Shown piece after piece: positions 49,805 to 58,600 of a stretch of DNA of 64,000 nucleotides. The notes beneath the pieces are model-generated. The model searched no databases. It was not told the DNA's origin and saw only the letters and a program-made list of their open reading frames with translations. The position numbers and the translations under genes are program-made. Numbering within the stretch: position 1 is the first letter of the stretch; every line of letters starts with the position of its first letter. Location of the stretch: positions 3,424,001 to 3,488,000 of the forward strand of contig OY970309.1 of the NCBI GenBank assembly GCA_963716395.1, in the 5' to 3' direction. The stretch comes from an uncultured Fibrobacteria bacterium (lineage in GTDB: Bacteria; Fibrobacterota; Fibrobacteria; UBA11236).

Positions 49805-51309
49805 TGCGGCGTTGGGCGTGGTGGGTTTGGCTGCTTTTGCCGGTGGTGGGCACCTTGTTCGCCTATCGGATGACCCAAGCCCCTACCCGCATTGAAACCG
49901 CGGCGTTCTTCATCCTGATTTTCATCGTTCCCACTCTCCGGTACCCGCGCTTCGGCGCCTATTACCTGATCGCGGTACCGCTCTTCATTCCCCTGTTCCG
50001 GCGCATGTATTATCTCGTGCATGCCCGCCCCACCCTCGACTACCTCATGCTCATCGGAGACGGCGTGATGGGCGGTTTCATTCTCGCGCTGACCATGATG
50101 TGGGTGCTGCGTAAAGAGCGGATCCACGACCCGCTTACACGGTGGCTGCTTATCTATGAAGCCCTGCTATTCGGCAAAATCTTTTTTCTGAACCAGGGCG
50201 GGGTGGTTGAGGGCTTATACGGCTACAAGTTCAACGGGCTGTTCGTGCTCTTTTATTTCGCCGGCAGCTATGTGCTGGAAGGCCATGCGGAGATCCGGAA
50301 AATCCTGAACTTCGGCGGCTGGATGCTGGCCGTGACCGCGGTTTACGGCATCAAGCAATTCCTGTTCGGCTTCACCAGCTTTGAGCAGCGCTGGCTCGAC
50401 TCGATCACCTTTACCACCTTGCGCATCGACGGGGTCGTGCGGATTTTCTCCACCTATGTTTCGCCCGCGGCCATGGCCGACGGCATGAGCATTCTCCTGC
50501 TGTTGGGATCGTGGGCGCTCATGCGCAAATCCCTGCTGGGCAGATTCCAGGGCTTGGTCTTTTCCGCTCTGTCGGTGGCACCCTTGGTGCTGGCCACGGT
50601 ACGCACCAGTTGGGCCGCGGCCGCGGCCGGTCTTTTGTTTTTCTGGTGCTTTCTGCGACTGCGCCAGGGCTGGCTGCGCTGGACGCTGTTCGTCCTGGTC
50701 CTGGTGTCGGTGGTGGTCTACGCCACCCACAGCGATTCCACGGCCGATACGCAGAACACCGCCTTCGCGCACGACCTCAGCGCCGGAAAGGAAAGCAAAA
50801 CCGATATTTTAATCACGAATCGTACCGAAGCTCTGGCCAACCCCCTGGGCGAGTACAGCATTCAAAAGCGGTTTCAAATCTGGCAGGAAATCTGGTATTT
50901 CGCCGTGCGCAATCCCCTGGGCCGCGGCCAGGGCACCAACGGTTACGCCCACAGCTATTACTTCCAGGTGCTGGGTGAAATCGGCTTTCCCGGGCTTTTC
51001 GTCTTTCTGGTCCTGATCTTCCTCGGCTTTAAACGCGGCTTTCAGATCGTGCGGCAGACGCGCGATCCCGAGGTGGCGGAAACCGCGCGCTTCGGCATGA
51101 CCCTGCTCTTCGTTTTTTCCATTCTCAACCTGACCGGCACGCATTTGCACAGCAACCCCGGCAACGTGTACTTCTGGTTTACGCTGGGAATGCTGGCCCA
51201 ACTGTACCGGCGCTGCCGCGAGGAAGCGCCGGCTCCGCAGCCGGAGCCGGCGGCGGTTCGGCCGGCCCCTTGGGCCGTGGCACGTATGGCTGGTGGCGAA
51301 CGTGGATAA
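49804..51309 (+). CDS. Wzy-type polymerase / O-antigen ligase family protein
   Basis: Polytopic membrane protein; RIFST, RTSW, RFQIW, NPLGRG, AHSYY..LGEIG. Confidence 0.82.
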   Translation: MRRWAWWVWLLLPVVGTLFAYRMTQAPTRIETAAFFILIFIVPTLRYPRFGAYYLIAVPLFIPLFRRMYYLVHARPTLDYLMLIGDGVMGGFILALTMMWVLRKERIHDPLTRWLLIYEALLFGKIFFLNQGGVVEGLYGYKFNGLFVLFYFAGSYVLEGHAEIRKILNFGGWMLAVTAVYGIKQFLFGFTSFEQRWLDSITFTTLRIDGVVRIFSTYVSPAAMADGMSILLLLGSWALMRKSLLGRFQGLVFSALSVAPLVLATVRTSWAAAAAGLLFFWCFLRLRQGWLRWTLFVLVLVSVVVYATHSDSTADTQNTAFAHDLSAGKESKTDILITNRTEALANPLGEYSIQKRFQIWQEIWYFAVRNPLGRGQGTNGYAHSYYFQVLGEIGFPGLFVFLVLIFLGFKRGFQIVRQTRDPEVAETARFGMTLLFVFSILNLTGTHLHSNPGNVYFWFTLGMLAQLYRRCREEAPAPQPEPAAVRPAPWAVARMAGGERG

Positions 51310-52393
51310 AACCGTCGCCGTGGTCGGCCATCCTCTGGCAGCCCCCGAGAATCGGGCGGCGTTTGCGCACTGGCGGTCCTTGCAACCCCGGCTCATCGCC
51401 CCGCAGGTTTGGCCCGCCCGAAACTTGGGTGTTACCTATGCGGCTCCGATCGAACCGCCTTCCCATCTCCGCTTTCTCCCCTGCCGCTGGCCCGGTCGCA
51501 ATGCGTTTTTCTGGTGGCGCGGTTTGGAGCCGGCGCTCGACGCCTGGCAGCCGGCGCTGCTGTACTGTTGGGAAGAACCCTGGTGCCTGAGCGCCGGGCA
51601 AGCCTGCCGCTGGGCCGCGCGCCGCGGCATTCCCTTCGTATTCTACAGCGCCGAGAACCGCCCCAAATCGCTGCCCCCGCCCTTCCGCGCCGTGCTTCGC
51701 TACGTGGCGGCACGGGCGCGGGCCTGCGTGGTTCCGACCGCAGACAGCGCCGCCAACGTCAAGCGCCTCGGGTTTTCCGGGCCGGCGTTGGTGGTGCCGT
51801 TGTGGCTGGCGCCGCGCGCCGTCTTGCATCCCGATTTCGCGGGCAAAACCCTGGCCTATGTCGGTCGCCTCATCCCCTTGAAGCGGGTTGATCTGTTGAT
51901 CGCCGCCTTGCCGTTGTTGCCGGAGTTTCGCCTGCGCCTGCTCGGCGACGGACCCGAGCGTTTAGCGCTGGCGTCCCTGGCCGAGCGCCTCGGGGTGGCC
52001 GAGCGCGTGCGTTTCCTGGGTTATGTCCCCCATCCCGATTTGGAGGCGGCGCTGGCCGGCTGCGCGTGTCTGCTTTTGCCCACCGCCGCGAACACGCACC
52101 AGGCCGAGCAATTCGGCAAAGCCGCCCTCGAAGGGGTATTATGCGGGTTACCGGTGATCGTGGCGCGTTCGGGTCAATTGCCCGGTTGGGCCGAGGCGCT
52201 GGAAACCGTGTCATGCCTCGAAGCCTGGAGTCCCGAGGCCGTGCGCGACGCCGTGCGGCGCTTATGGGAGAATCCGCCGGCGGCGGAAAAACTGGCGGCG
52301 GCGCGGGAATGGGTGGCGCAACGCTTCTCCGCCTCCGCCGTGGGGGCCAAGCTGGAATCGGCGTTGCAAAACTTGCTGGAGCCGGCGCCATGA
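51302..52393 (+). CDS. Glycosyltransferase family 4
   Basis: EEPW, YVGRLIPLKRVD, EQFGKAALE. Confidence 0.85.
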   Translation: MDKTVAVVGHPLAAPENRAAFAHWRSLQPRLIAPQVWPARNLGVTYAAPIEPPSHLRFLPCRWPGRNAFFWWRGLEPALDAWQPALLYCWEEPWCLSAGQACRWAARRGIPFVFYSAENRPKSLPPPFRAVLRYVAARARACVVPTADSAANVKRLGFSGPALVVPLWLAPRAVLHPDFAGKTLAYVGRLIPLKRVDLLIAALPLLPEFRLRLLGDGPERLALASLAERLGVAERVRFLGYVPHPDLEAALAGCACLLLPTAANTHQAEQFGKAALEGVLCGLPVIVARSGQLPGWAEALETVSCLEAWSPEAVRDAVRRLWENPPAAEKLAAAREWVAQRFSASAVGAKLESALQNLLEPAP

Positions 52394-53505
52394 AGCGCAG
52401 CAATGCCTGGGTGCGCGTTCTGGAACGCGGCTTGAGCCCCGGGCTGCGCCGCCTGGCCGGCCAACCCCACCGCGGTCCCGCGCCGGAGCCCGCCCGGGTG
52501 CTGATTTGCAAAACCTGCTGTTTGGGCGATGCCGTGCTTTCGCTATACGCCATACGGGCTTTCAAGCAGTCCTATCCCCAGACGCGCCTGGAAATACTGG
52601 GCACCGAGCGCATCCGCGAAGTCTACGCCGATGCGCCTTGGATCGACGCCGTGCACGTGTTGCCCGTCACCGGGCGGCGGTTGGCGGCCGAATTGCTGGC
52701 GCCGGTTTTTTGGCTGCGCCTGTTGCGAATTCTCTGGCGCCTGCGCCGGCAGCACTTCGACTGGCTGGTCGATCTGGAATTGTACCGCGGCTATGGACCC
52801 GCTCTGAAGCGCCTGCTCGGCATTCCCTTTGCGCGCGGCTTTCACGTCGAAGGGTTGCCGGCGCCGCCGCATGACGCGGTTTTTTTTCGCGGCCGCCGCG
52901 ATCCCGAATGGCGCGGGTTTTTCGGCGTCTTCGCCTTGCCCTTGCCGGCGGAGGCGCCGGCTCCGCTGTATGCGCGTCCGCTCCCCGAAACCGGTGCGGC
53001 GCGCCGCGTGGGCGTGGTGTTCGGATCGTCTTTCAATTGGCCGGAGAAGAAATGGCCTTTGGATCGTTACGCCGCGGTACTGTCGCGTCTGGCCGCGCCG
53101 GATTTGGAATTCGTGCTGTTCGGCTCGGCCTGGGAAGCGCCGGAGGCGCAAACCCTGCTGGCCACGGCGCGCGCTCGGGTTCGCTCCACCGCGGGCGCTT
53201 TGGATTTCACCGGACTCAAACGCACGCTGGCGCAATGCGACCTGGTATTCGGCAATGACACCGGGGCCTTGCACCTGGCGGCGGCGGCGGGCGTGCCTAC
53301 CTTGGTCCTGTTCGGTCCGACCTCGCCGGAAAAATGGATGCCCCTGGGTGGCACCGGCCTGTGGCTCGAGGATTTGGCCTGCCGCCCGTGCTATTATCTC
53401 AGCAGTATGCCGGAATGCAGCCACCATGATTGTTTACGGCACTTAACTGTGGATCGTGTCGCCGATCGCCTGCGCGAATTGCTGTCGGCGCCAGCGCCGG
53501 TGTGA
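52390..53505 (+). CDS. Glycosyltransferase family 9 (heptosyltransferase-like)
   Basis: LGDAVL, KKWP, GNDTGALHLAAA, LFGPT, CRPC...C..CL. Confidence 0.88.
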   Translation: MKRSNAWVRVLERGLSPGLRRLAGQPHRGPAPEPARVLICKTCCLGDAVLSLYAIRAFKQSYPQTRLEILGTERIREVYADAPWIDAVHVLPVTGRRLAAELLAPVFWLRLLRILWRLRRQHFDWLVDLELYRGYGPALKRLLGIPFARGFHVEGLPAPPHDAVFFRGRRDPEWRGFFGVFALPLPAEAPAPLYARPLPETGAARRVGVVFGSSFNWPEKKWPLDRYAAVLSRLAAPDLEFVLFGSAWEAPEAQTLLATARARVRSTAGALDFTGLKRTLAQCDLVFGNDTGALHLAAAAGVPTLVLFGPTSPEKWMPLGGTGLWLEDLACRPCYYLSSMPECSHHDCLRHLTVDRVADRLRELLSAPAPV

Positions 53506-53707
53506 GCGGCAGGGTTTCCCCGGGTGTGAACGTCGGCAGTGGCCCATCCGTACCTTTATTTAACCGCAGGCGTTTTTTTCTCCGCCTTGTTTTTAAAAAA
53601 TTTCGGCCTTTTGTCGCTGCGTCAAATATTCCGCTTTCGCAGGACGTCCGCGGGAAATAGATTCCTTGGCGAAACCGACGCCTTCGCTACACTTGGGAAA
53701 AAACGCC

Positions 53708-54844
53708 ATGGTTCCTTCCAGCCCATCCCGCCGTCGCGGCATTTCCAGACTCTTTCTGGCCCTGGCTTTGACCCTGGCGGCGGTGTTCGGGGGGGGGTAT
53801 TTGCTATTGGGCCGCTCTGCGGGGCCGGTGGCGGAATCGGCCGAAACGTTTTCGAAAGACGGCCTGATTCTGTACGAAGTTCCCCGCAACGCCACCGCCA
53901 CCTTCCTGGCCTATGACCTGCATGCCAAGGGATTGCTGCCCTTTCCTTTCATTTTCAAAATGTTCATTCGCGTGACGGGTCAGGCACGGCGCATCCGCGC
54001 CGGCTATTACTATTTGCCGCCGCATAATTCGGTGCTAGAATTGGCCTACAAGTTGACCTCGGGTAAAATGGCCACGCAAACCGTCACCATACCCGAAGGC
54101 AAAACCAGTTGGGAAATCTACGGCCTGCTCAAGGCGCATTTCGACATCGACTCAGCCCGGTTCGATTCTTTGGTGCATTCGCAATCCTTCGCGCATTCCC
54201 TGGGTTTGAAAGCCCCGGGTCTGGAAGGTTATTTGTTTCCCGACACCTATATCCTGCCCTACCGCATTTCTTCCGAAGACGTGCTGCGCATCATGGTGCG
54301 GCGGTTCCAGCAGGAAATTGCGGATTTGCCGCATGATTCCTCCGCCGTGTTGCGTCGTTATGGAGAGCTCGGTTGGGTGACCCTGGCCTCCATCGTGGAA
54401 AAGGAGGCGGCCGTGCGCAATGAACAGGCCTTGATCGCCGGCGTGTTTTTCAACCGCCTGCAACAAGGCTGGACCTTGGGGGCAGATCCCACGGTGCGCT
54501 ACGCAGTGCACAAAATCACCGGCCCGTTGTATGTCGACGACTTGAATGTGAATTCGCCCTACAATACGCGGCGCTTTCCCGGATTGCCGCCCGGCCCCAT
54601 TTGCAATCCGGGCAAAAGCGCCCTGCTGGCCGCGCTCCAGCCCGAAAACACCAAGATGATGTTTTTCGTGGCCAAGGACGACGGATCGCACGAACATTAT
54701 TTTTCGGCCACCAACGAAGATCACGATCGCTACAAGGCCATGGCCGCCGATAACCGGCGCGCGCAGCAAGCAGCGGATTCGGAAACCAGTTCTACCGCCG
54801 ATCCCAAAACGCCGCCCCTGGCGGCCGTGCGCAAACCCCGTTAA
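53708..54844 (+). CDS. mltG: Endolytic transglycosylase MltG
   Basis: TIPEG, EGYLFPDTY, LASIVEKE, ADPTV.Y, SPYNT...GLPPGPI.NPG. Confidence 0.93.
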   Translation: MVPSSPSRRRGISRLFLALALTLAAVFGGGYLLLGRSAGPVAESAETFSKDGLILYEVPRNATATFLAYDLHAKGLLPFPFIFKMFIRVTGQARRIRAGYYYLPPHNSVLELAYKLTSGKMATQTVTIPEGKTSWEIYGLLKAHFDIDSARFDSLVHSQSFAHSLGLKAPGLEGYLFPDTYILPYRISSEDVLRIMVRRFQQEIADLPHDSSAVLRRYGELGWVTLASIVEKEAAVRNEQALIAGVFFNRLQQGWTLGADPTVRYAVHKITGPLYVDDLNVNSPYNTRRFPGLPPGPICNPGKSALLAALQPENTKMMFFVAKDDGSHEHYFSATNEDHDRYKAMAADNRRAQQAADSETSSTADPKTPPLAAVRKPR

Positions 54845-55072
54845 CCGGCCGACGCTCCGCCGGAATCCGGCACGCCCCGGGGTTAACCGCCCCGTTTCCT
54901 TCCCGTCGCTTCCCCAGGCCCCGGGCCGGCCGCGCCGCCGTGACTTTGGATTCCTGGGATCTTTGAGCCGTTCAGCGTCCCCAGACGGCCGCGCGGGGCG
55001 CCTGGGGCTTTATTTGCCGTTCCGTTCTTGTCACAATATGGCGTGAAGATTTTTATCGCCGCGAAAAGCCGC

Positions 55073-55660
55073 ATGATTCAGGACGCGAGGTCTTTTTTTC
55101 ACCGTAGCCTGTATGTTTCCCTGGCCGCGGCTATGGCCGTGGCGGCGCAGTCGATGCGCTGTGATTTGGTGGGCGTCGACACCACCCTCAACGGCCATCA
55201 GGGCAAAACCTGTCTCGATGTTTCCGCACTCAAGAACCAAACCGTGGTCATTCCCGACAATGTTACGCGCCTGGATAACGACGGCTTCGCCTTGTGCCAA
55301 AGCCAGGTGACCACGGGGGGCAATACCGACATCGTGTATGTGTATGACAACTCGGGGAGCATGAACGCCAGCCTTTACTACTTCGACGGCACCGACACCT
55401 TGTTTTATTACGACGCCGGGCATTGCACCAACGCCGGCAACAATCAACCCACGGCCACCATTCGGGTTTGGAACGCGGGCGGGACCGCTCAAGTGAATAA
55501 AACTGTGACCCGATTGGCCTCGAATGACGGCTGCATAGATTATTCCGGCGATCCCTTCAACACCAAGGCCAGAGCGTATTGGCTGGCTTTGGCCAACCAA
55601 GGGACAAGGGCTACCCAGTCCACCGCAGGAATCATGTCTTTCACTTCCTCCGTACAATGA
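55073..55660 (+). CDS. N-terminal part (signal peptide + start of vWA domain) of the interrupted giant surface protein
   Basis: Signal-peptide-like N-terminus; MIDAS-like DIVYVYDNSGSM; ends at TGA while vWA motifs continue downstream in several frames. Confidence 0.7.
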   Translation: MIQDARSFFHRSLYVSLAAAMAVAAQSMRCDLVGVDTTLNGHQGKTCLDVSALKNQTVVIPDNVTRLDNDGFALCQSQVTTGGNTDIVYVYDNSGSMNASLYYFDGTDTLFYYDAGHCTNAGNNQPTATIRVWNAGGTAQVNKTVTRLASNDGCIDYSGDPFNTKARAYWLALANQGTRATQSTAGIMSFTSSVQ

Positions 55661-55673
55661 TTTCCAACGCCCC

Positions 55674-58600
55674 TTGGCGATGAACGCAGCCAACGTGACA
55701 CCTTGCAAAACCGCATCAATGGCTCTGCCAACGGGGGCACCAACTATACATTTCCCTTGGAACTCGGCGCGATCTTTGGCTGGCGTCTCCCATCACCGCC
55801 AATCCCCAGCAAGGCAGTCATTTTCCTCTCCGACGGTAGGCCCAGCAATACCAATTATTTACCCTCAGTCCAAACACGCCTCCCATTTACGGCATTTTCC
55901 TGGGGGCACCGCAACCCGATACGGCGCGATTTCCTATTTGTCCGCAGAGACCGGAGGCAAGTTCTACCTCATCCCCCAAAACCGCCCCGACAGCTTGATC
56001 ACGGTGGTGAACAAAATCCTGAACATCCTGCTGTTGCAATTCAACCCCACGCAAGTCGTGGTCACCAACAGTACTTTGGCCCCGGCGCAAACCAGCAGCA
56101 GCACGGGCTTTCTCACCCAGGGCGACAGCATCAGTTGGCGCGTGGTCCTGGACAATATCGTGGCGTTGCAGCCCAACTCCAGCAATCACGTCAGCCTGAT
56201 TTCGAAATTCACCCAAGTGCAAAACCCCGCCGTGTCCGAATCTGACACCACGCAATTCATCTTGAGCACCACCGGTCCGGCCGCGGCCGGAGCGCAAGTC
56301 ATCAGCCCCTATAACCTGGAAACCCGCTGTTATCTCCCGTCGAAACTCCAATGGCTCACCAATGCCGGCGTGCGCCCGCCGTATTTCACCGAAGCCGATT
56401 CCAACAACGTGCGTCTGCAACTGCGCACCTCCGACAGCGGCTTGGCCTCGGTGAGCGCGGCCCTCTCCACCCATCGTCCCACTGTCGACGCCGAAACCGG
56501 CGCCCTGCCGCGCACGGCGGTGTTCGCCGACTCGACCCGCTTCTCGACCTTGATTTCCATGCGCGTGGCGGCGGCCGCCACGGCCGGCGACGGCACGCTC
56601 GAACCGTTTTATTTCGACTCGCTGATCGCGCGTTGGGCGCATCCGCGCGATCCTTCGGACACGGCGCGCGACACCATTTTGGTGCGGCCCGCCAATGTGC
56701 AGGCCACGACCTGGTTTGCGGCGGACTCGGCGGGTACTCCCGTGGCGGGCGGCGTCTTTCCGGGCTCGGCCACCGCGATGTGGATTGTGGTGCAGGACAA
56801 CCGTGCCACGCCGGGTCTCGCTTATTCCGTCACCATCACCAGCGACAGCCTGGGGACCGATCAAATCACCTTGACGTTGGCGCCGGTACCGGGACGTCCC
56901 GGCGTCTTCACGGTGCAAATTCCCTTCGCCGTGAACAGTGTGAAAACCACCAGCGATGGGACGCTGCAAATTTCTCCTGCCGGGGATCAGCTGCACGCCG
57001 CCTACACCGATCCTTTTTACGGCGATAAGGCGCAAGCCGCGGCCGGCTTCGGAGTCTCGGTGGAAGAACCCGCTGCCCTGGTATTCACCGACGCCGGCGG
57101 AACCGTGCTGCCTGACAGCGCGATCTGGTCGCTGAGCCACGGTCAGGTATATGTGAAATTCACCGATGACAAGGTCGATTCGGTGCGCACTGTTCCCGTG
57201 CATTTCCAGGTGAACAGCTTAAAGCTGGGACAAGCCGTCGCCACGGACCAGGAGTCGGGAGCTTTGCTCAACCCGTTGGCGGTGACGCAGACGCTGAATG
57301 CCTGGAGCGACAGTTTTGCGGTGGCCGAGCAATTGCATCCCACCGCTAACAACGGCGTGCTCGAAGGCGGCTACCGCATGGTGGTGATCGCTTCGGTTCC
57401 GGCGCATGACAATGTCGGCCAGCCCACGGGCCAAACCGTGACCCGCACCTTGGTCCTGGCCTGGCCCGATTCGCAGCCCTCGCTGACTTTCGCCCAACAC
57501 GTGAACACGGTCAACCCCAAAGGTCCGGTCGACGTGGTGCTGACGTTGACGGATCAGGACTTCGTACACAACGCACCTGATACGGTGACGGCTACGGCGC
57601 TGTGCCCGGCATCCGGCGACAGCGTTGCGGGATTGCGCTTCTCCCAAACTGCGGTGGGAACCTATGTATCCGATACGTTGTTCCGCAACGGAGCGGCGGC
57701 CAACACCGCGGATGGAGTCCTTTCCTGCCCGGCCGGCGGCGATGTGGTCATCGATTATACCGATCCCGTGTACGGCGGAGTGAGTACCTGGACCTTGCAT
57801 GAGGCGGCCATGCCCGCAGCCAATCCTGCAGACGGCACGGTTTTCACCTCACAACTCGATGTGGCCCTCACTTCGGCCACGCCGGGCGCGCTCCTCACCT
57901 ACACCTTGAACGATTCGGTTCCGGTTCCGGGCCGGCCCCTGGTCTATTCCGGACCCATCCCGCTCATCGCCGCCGACACTTTGGAGGCGGTGGCTTCGGC
58001 CAACGGCTATTTGCGCAGTTGGGTGATGACCGCGATTTACCCACACCAACCCAAGCCGTCGGCGATCCGCATTCTCGACGCCAACGGCAATCCGGTGCCG
58101 GGTCGCACCCTTACCGACGCCGCCGGAGCCGTGCAAATTCAATTACAAACCTCGCAAGGCGGATTGGGCGCGGTCAGCGCTTCCATCCGTTCGGCGCATC
58201 TCGGCGACGCGGAAAATCCCGTGCTCGGCACCCAATCCTTTGACGGCCAAACCCATGTGTACACGGGCAACATCGACCTCAAGGGCGGAGCCGCGGTCGC
58301 GTCGTCAGGCGACGACACCTTGCAAACCGCTTTGCCCGACACCTTGATCGCGACCTGGCGCAACCCCTTGGATTCGGCCGATGTGGTGGCCGACACCGTG
58401 TTCATCGTGCCCGGCTACGTCGCCTCGACGGTTTGCTTTTCCGCCTCACTGGGCGGCGCCTGCCTGAACCCGAACCAATACAACAACGGTACAACCACGG
58501 CCTATGTCGTGGTGCATACCCGAGCCGGTGTGCCCGGTCAGTATGCGGTGACGGTGTCGTCGTCGACCGGTGGAAGCGACGCGGTCAACAACATCCCGCT

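Noticed and set aside
53789-53797. G9 tract in mltG as a phase-variation site
   Set aside because: In frame (Gly-Gly-Gly) in a housekeeping gene of a GC-rich genome; no supporting evidence
55658-55660. Selenocysteine or stop-codon readthrough at the in-frame TGA
   Set aside because: Further frameshifts are still needed downstream, no SECIS is evident, and TGA ends many genes here
55480-55940. Diversity-generating retroelement variable region
   Set aside because: No reverse transcriptase or template repeat in the window, and the changes are indels rather than A-specific substitutions
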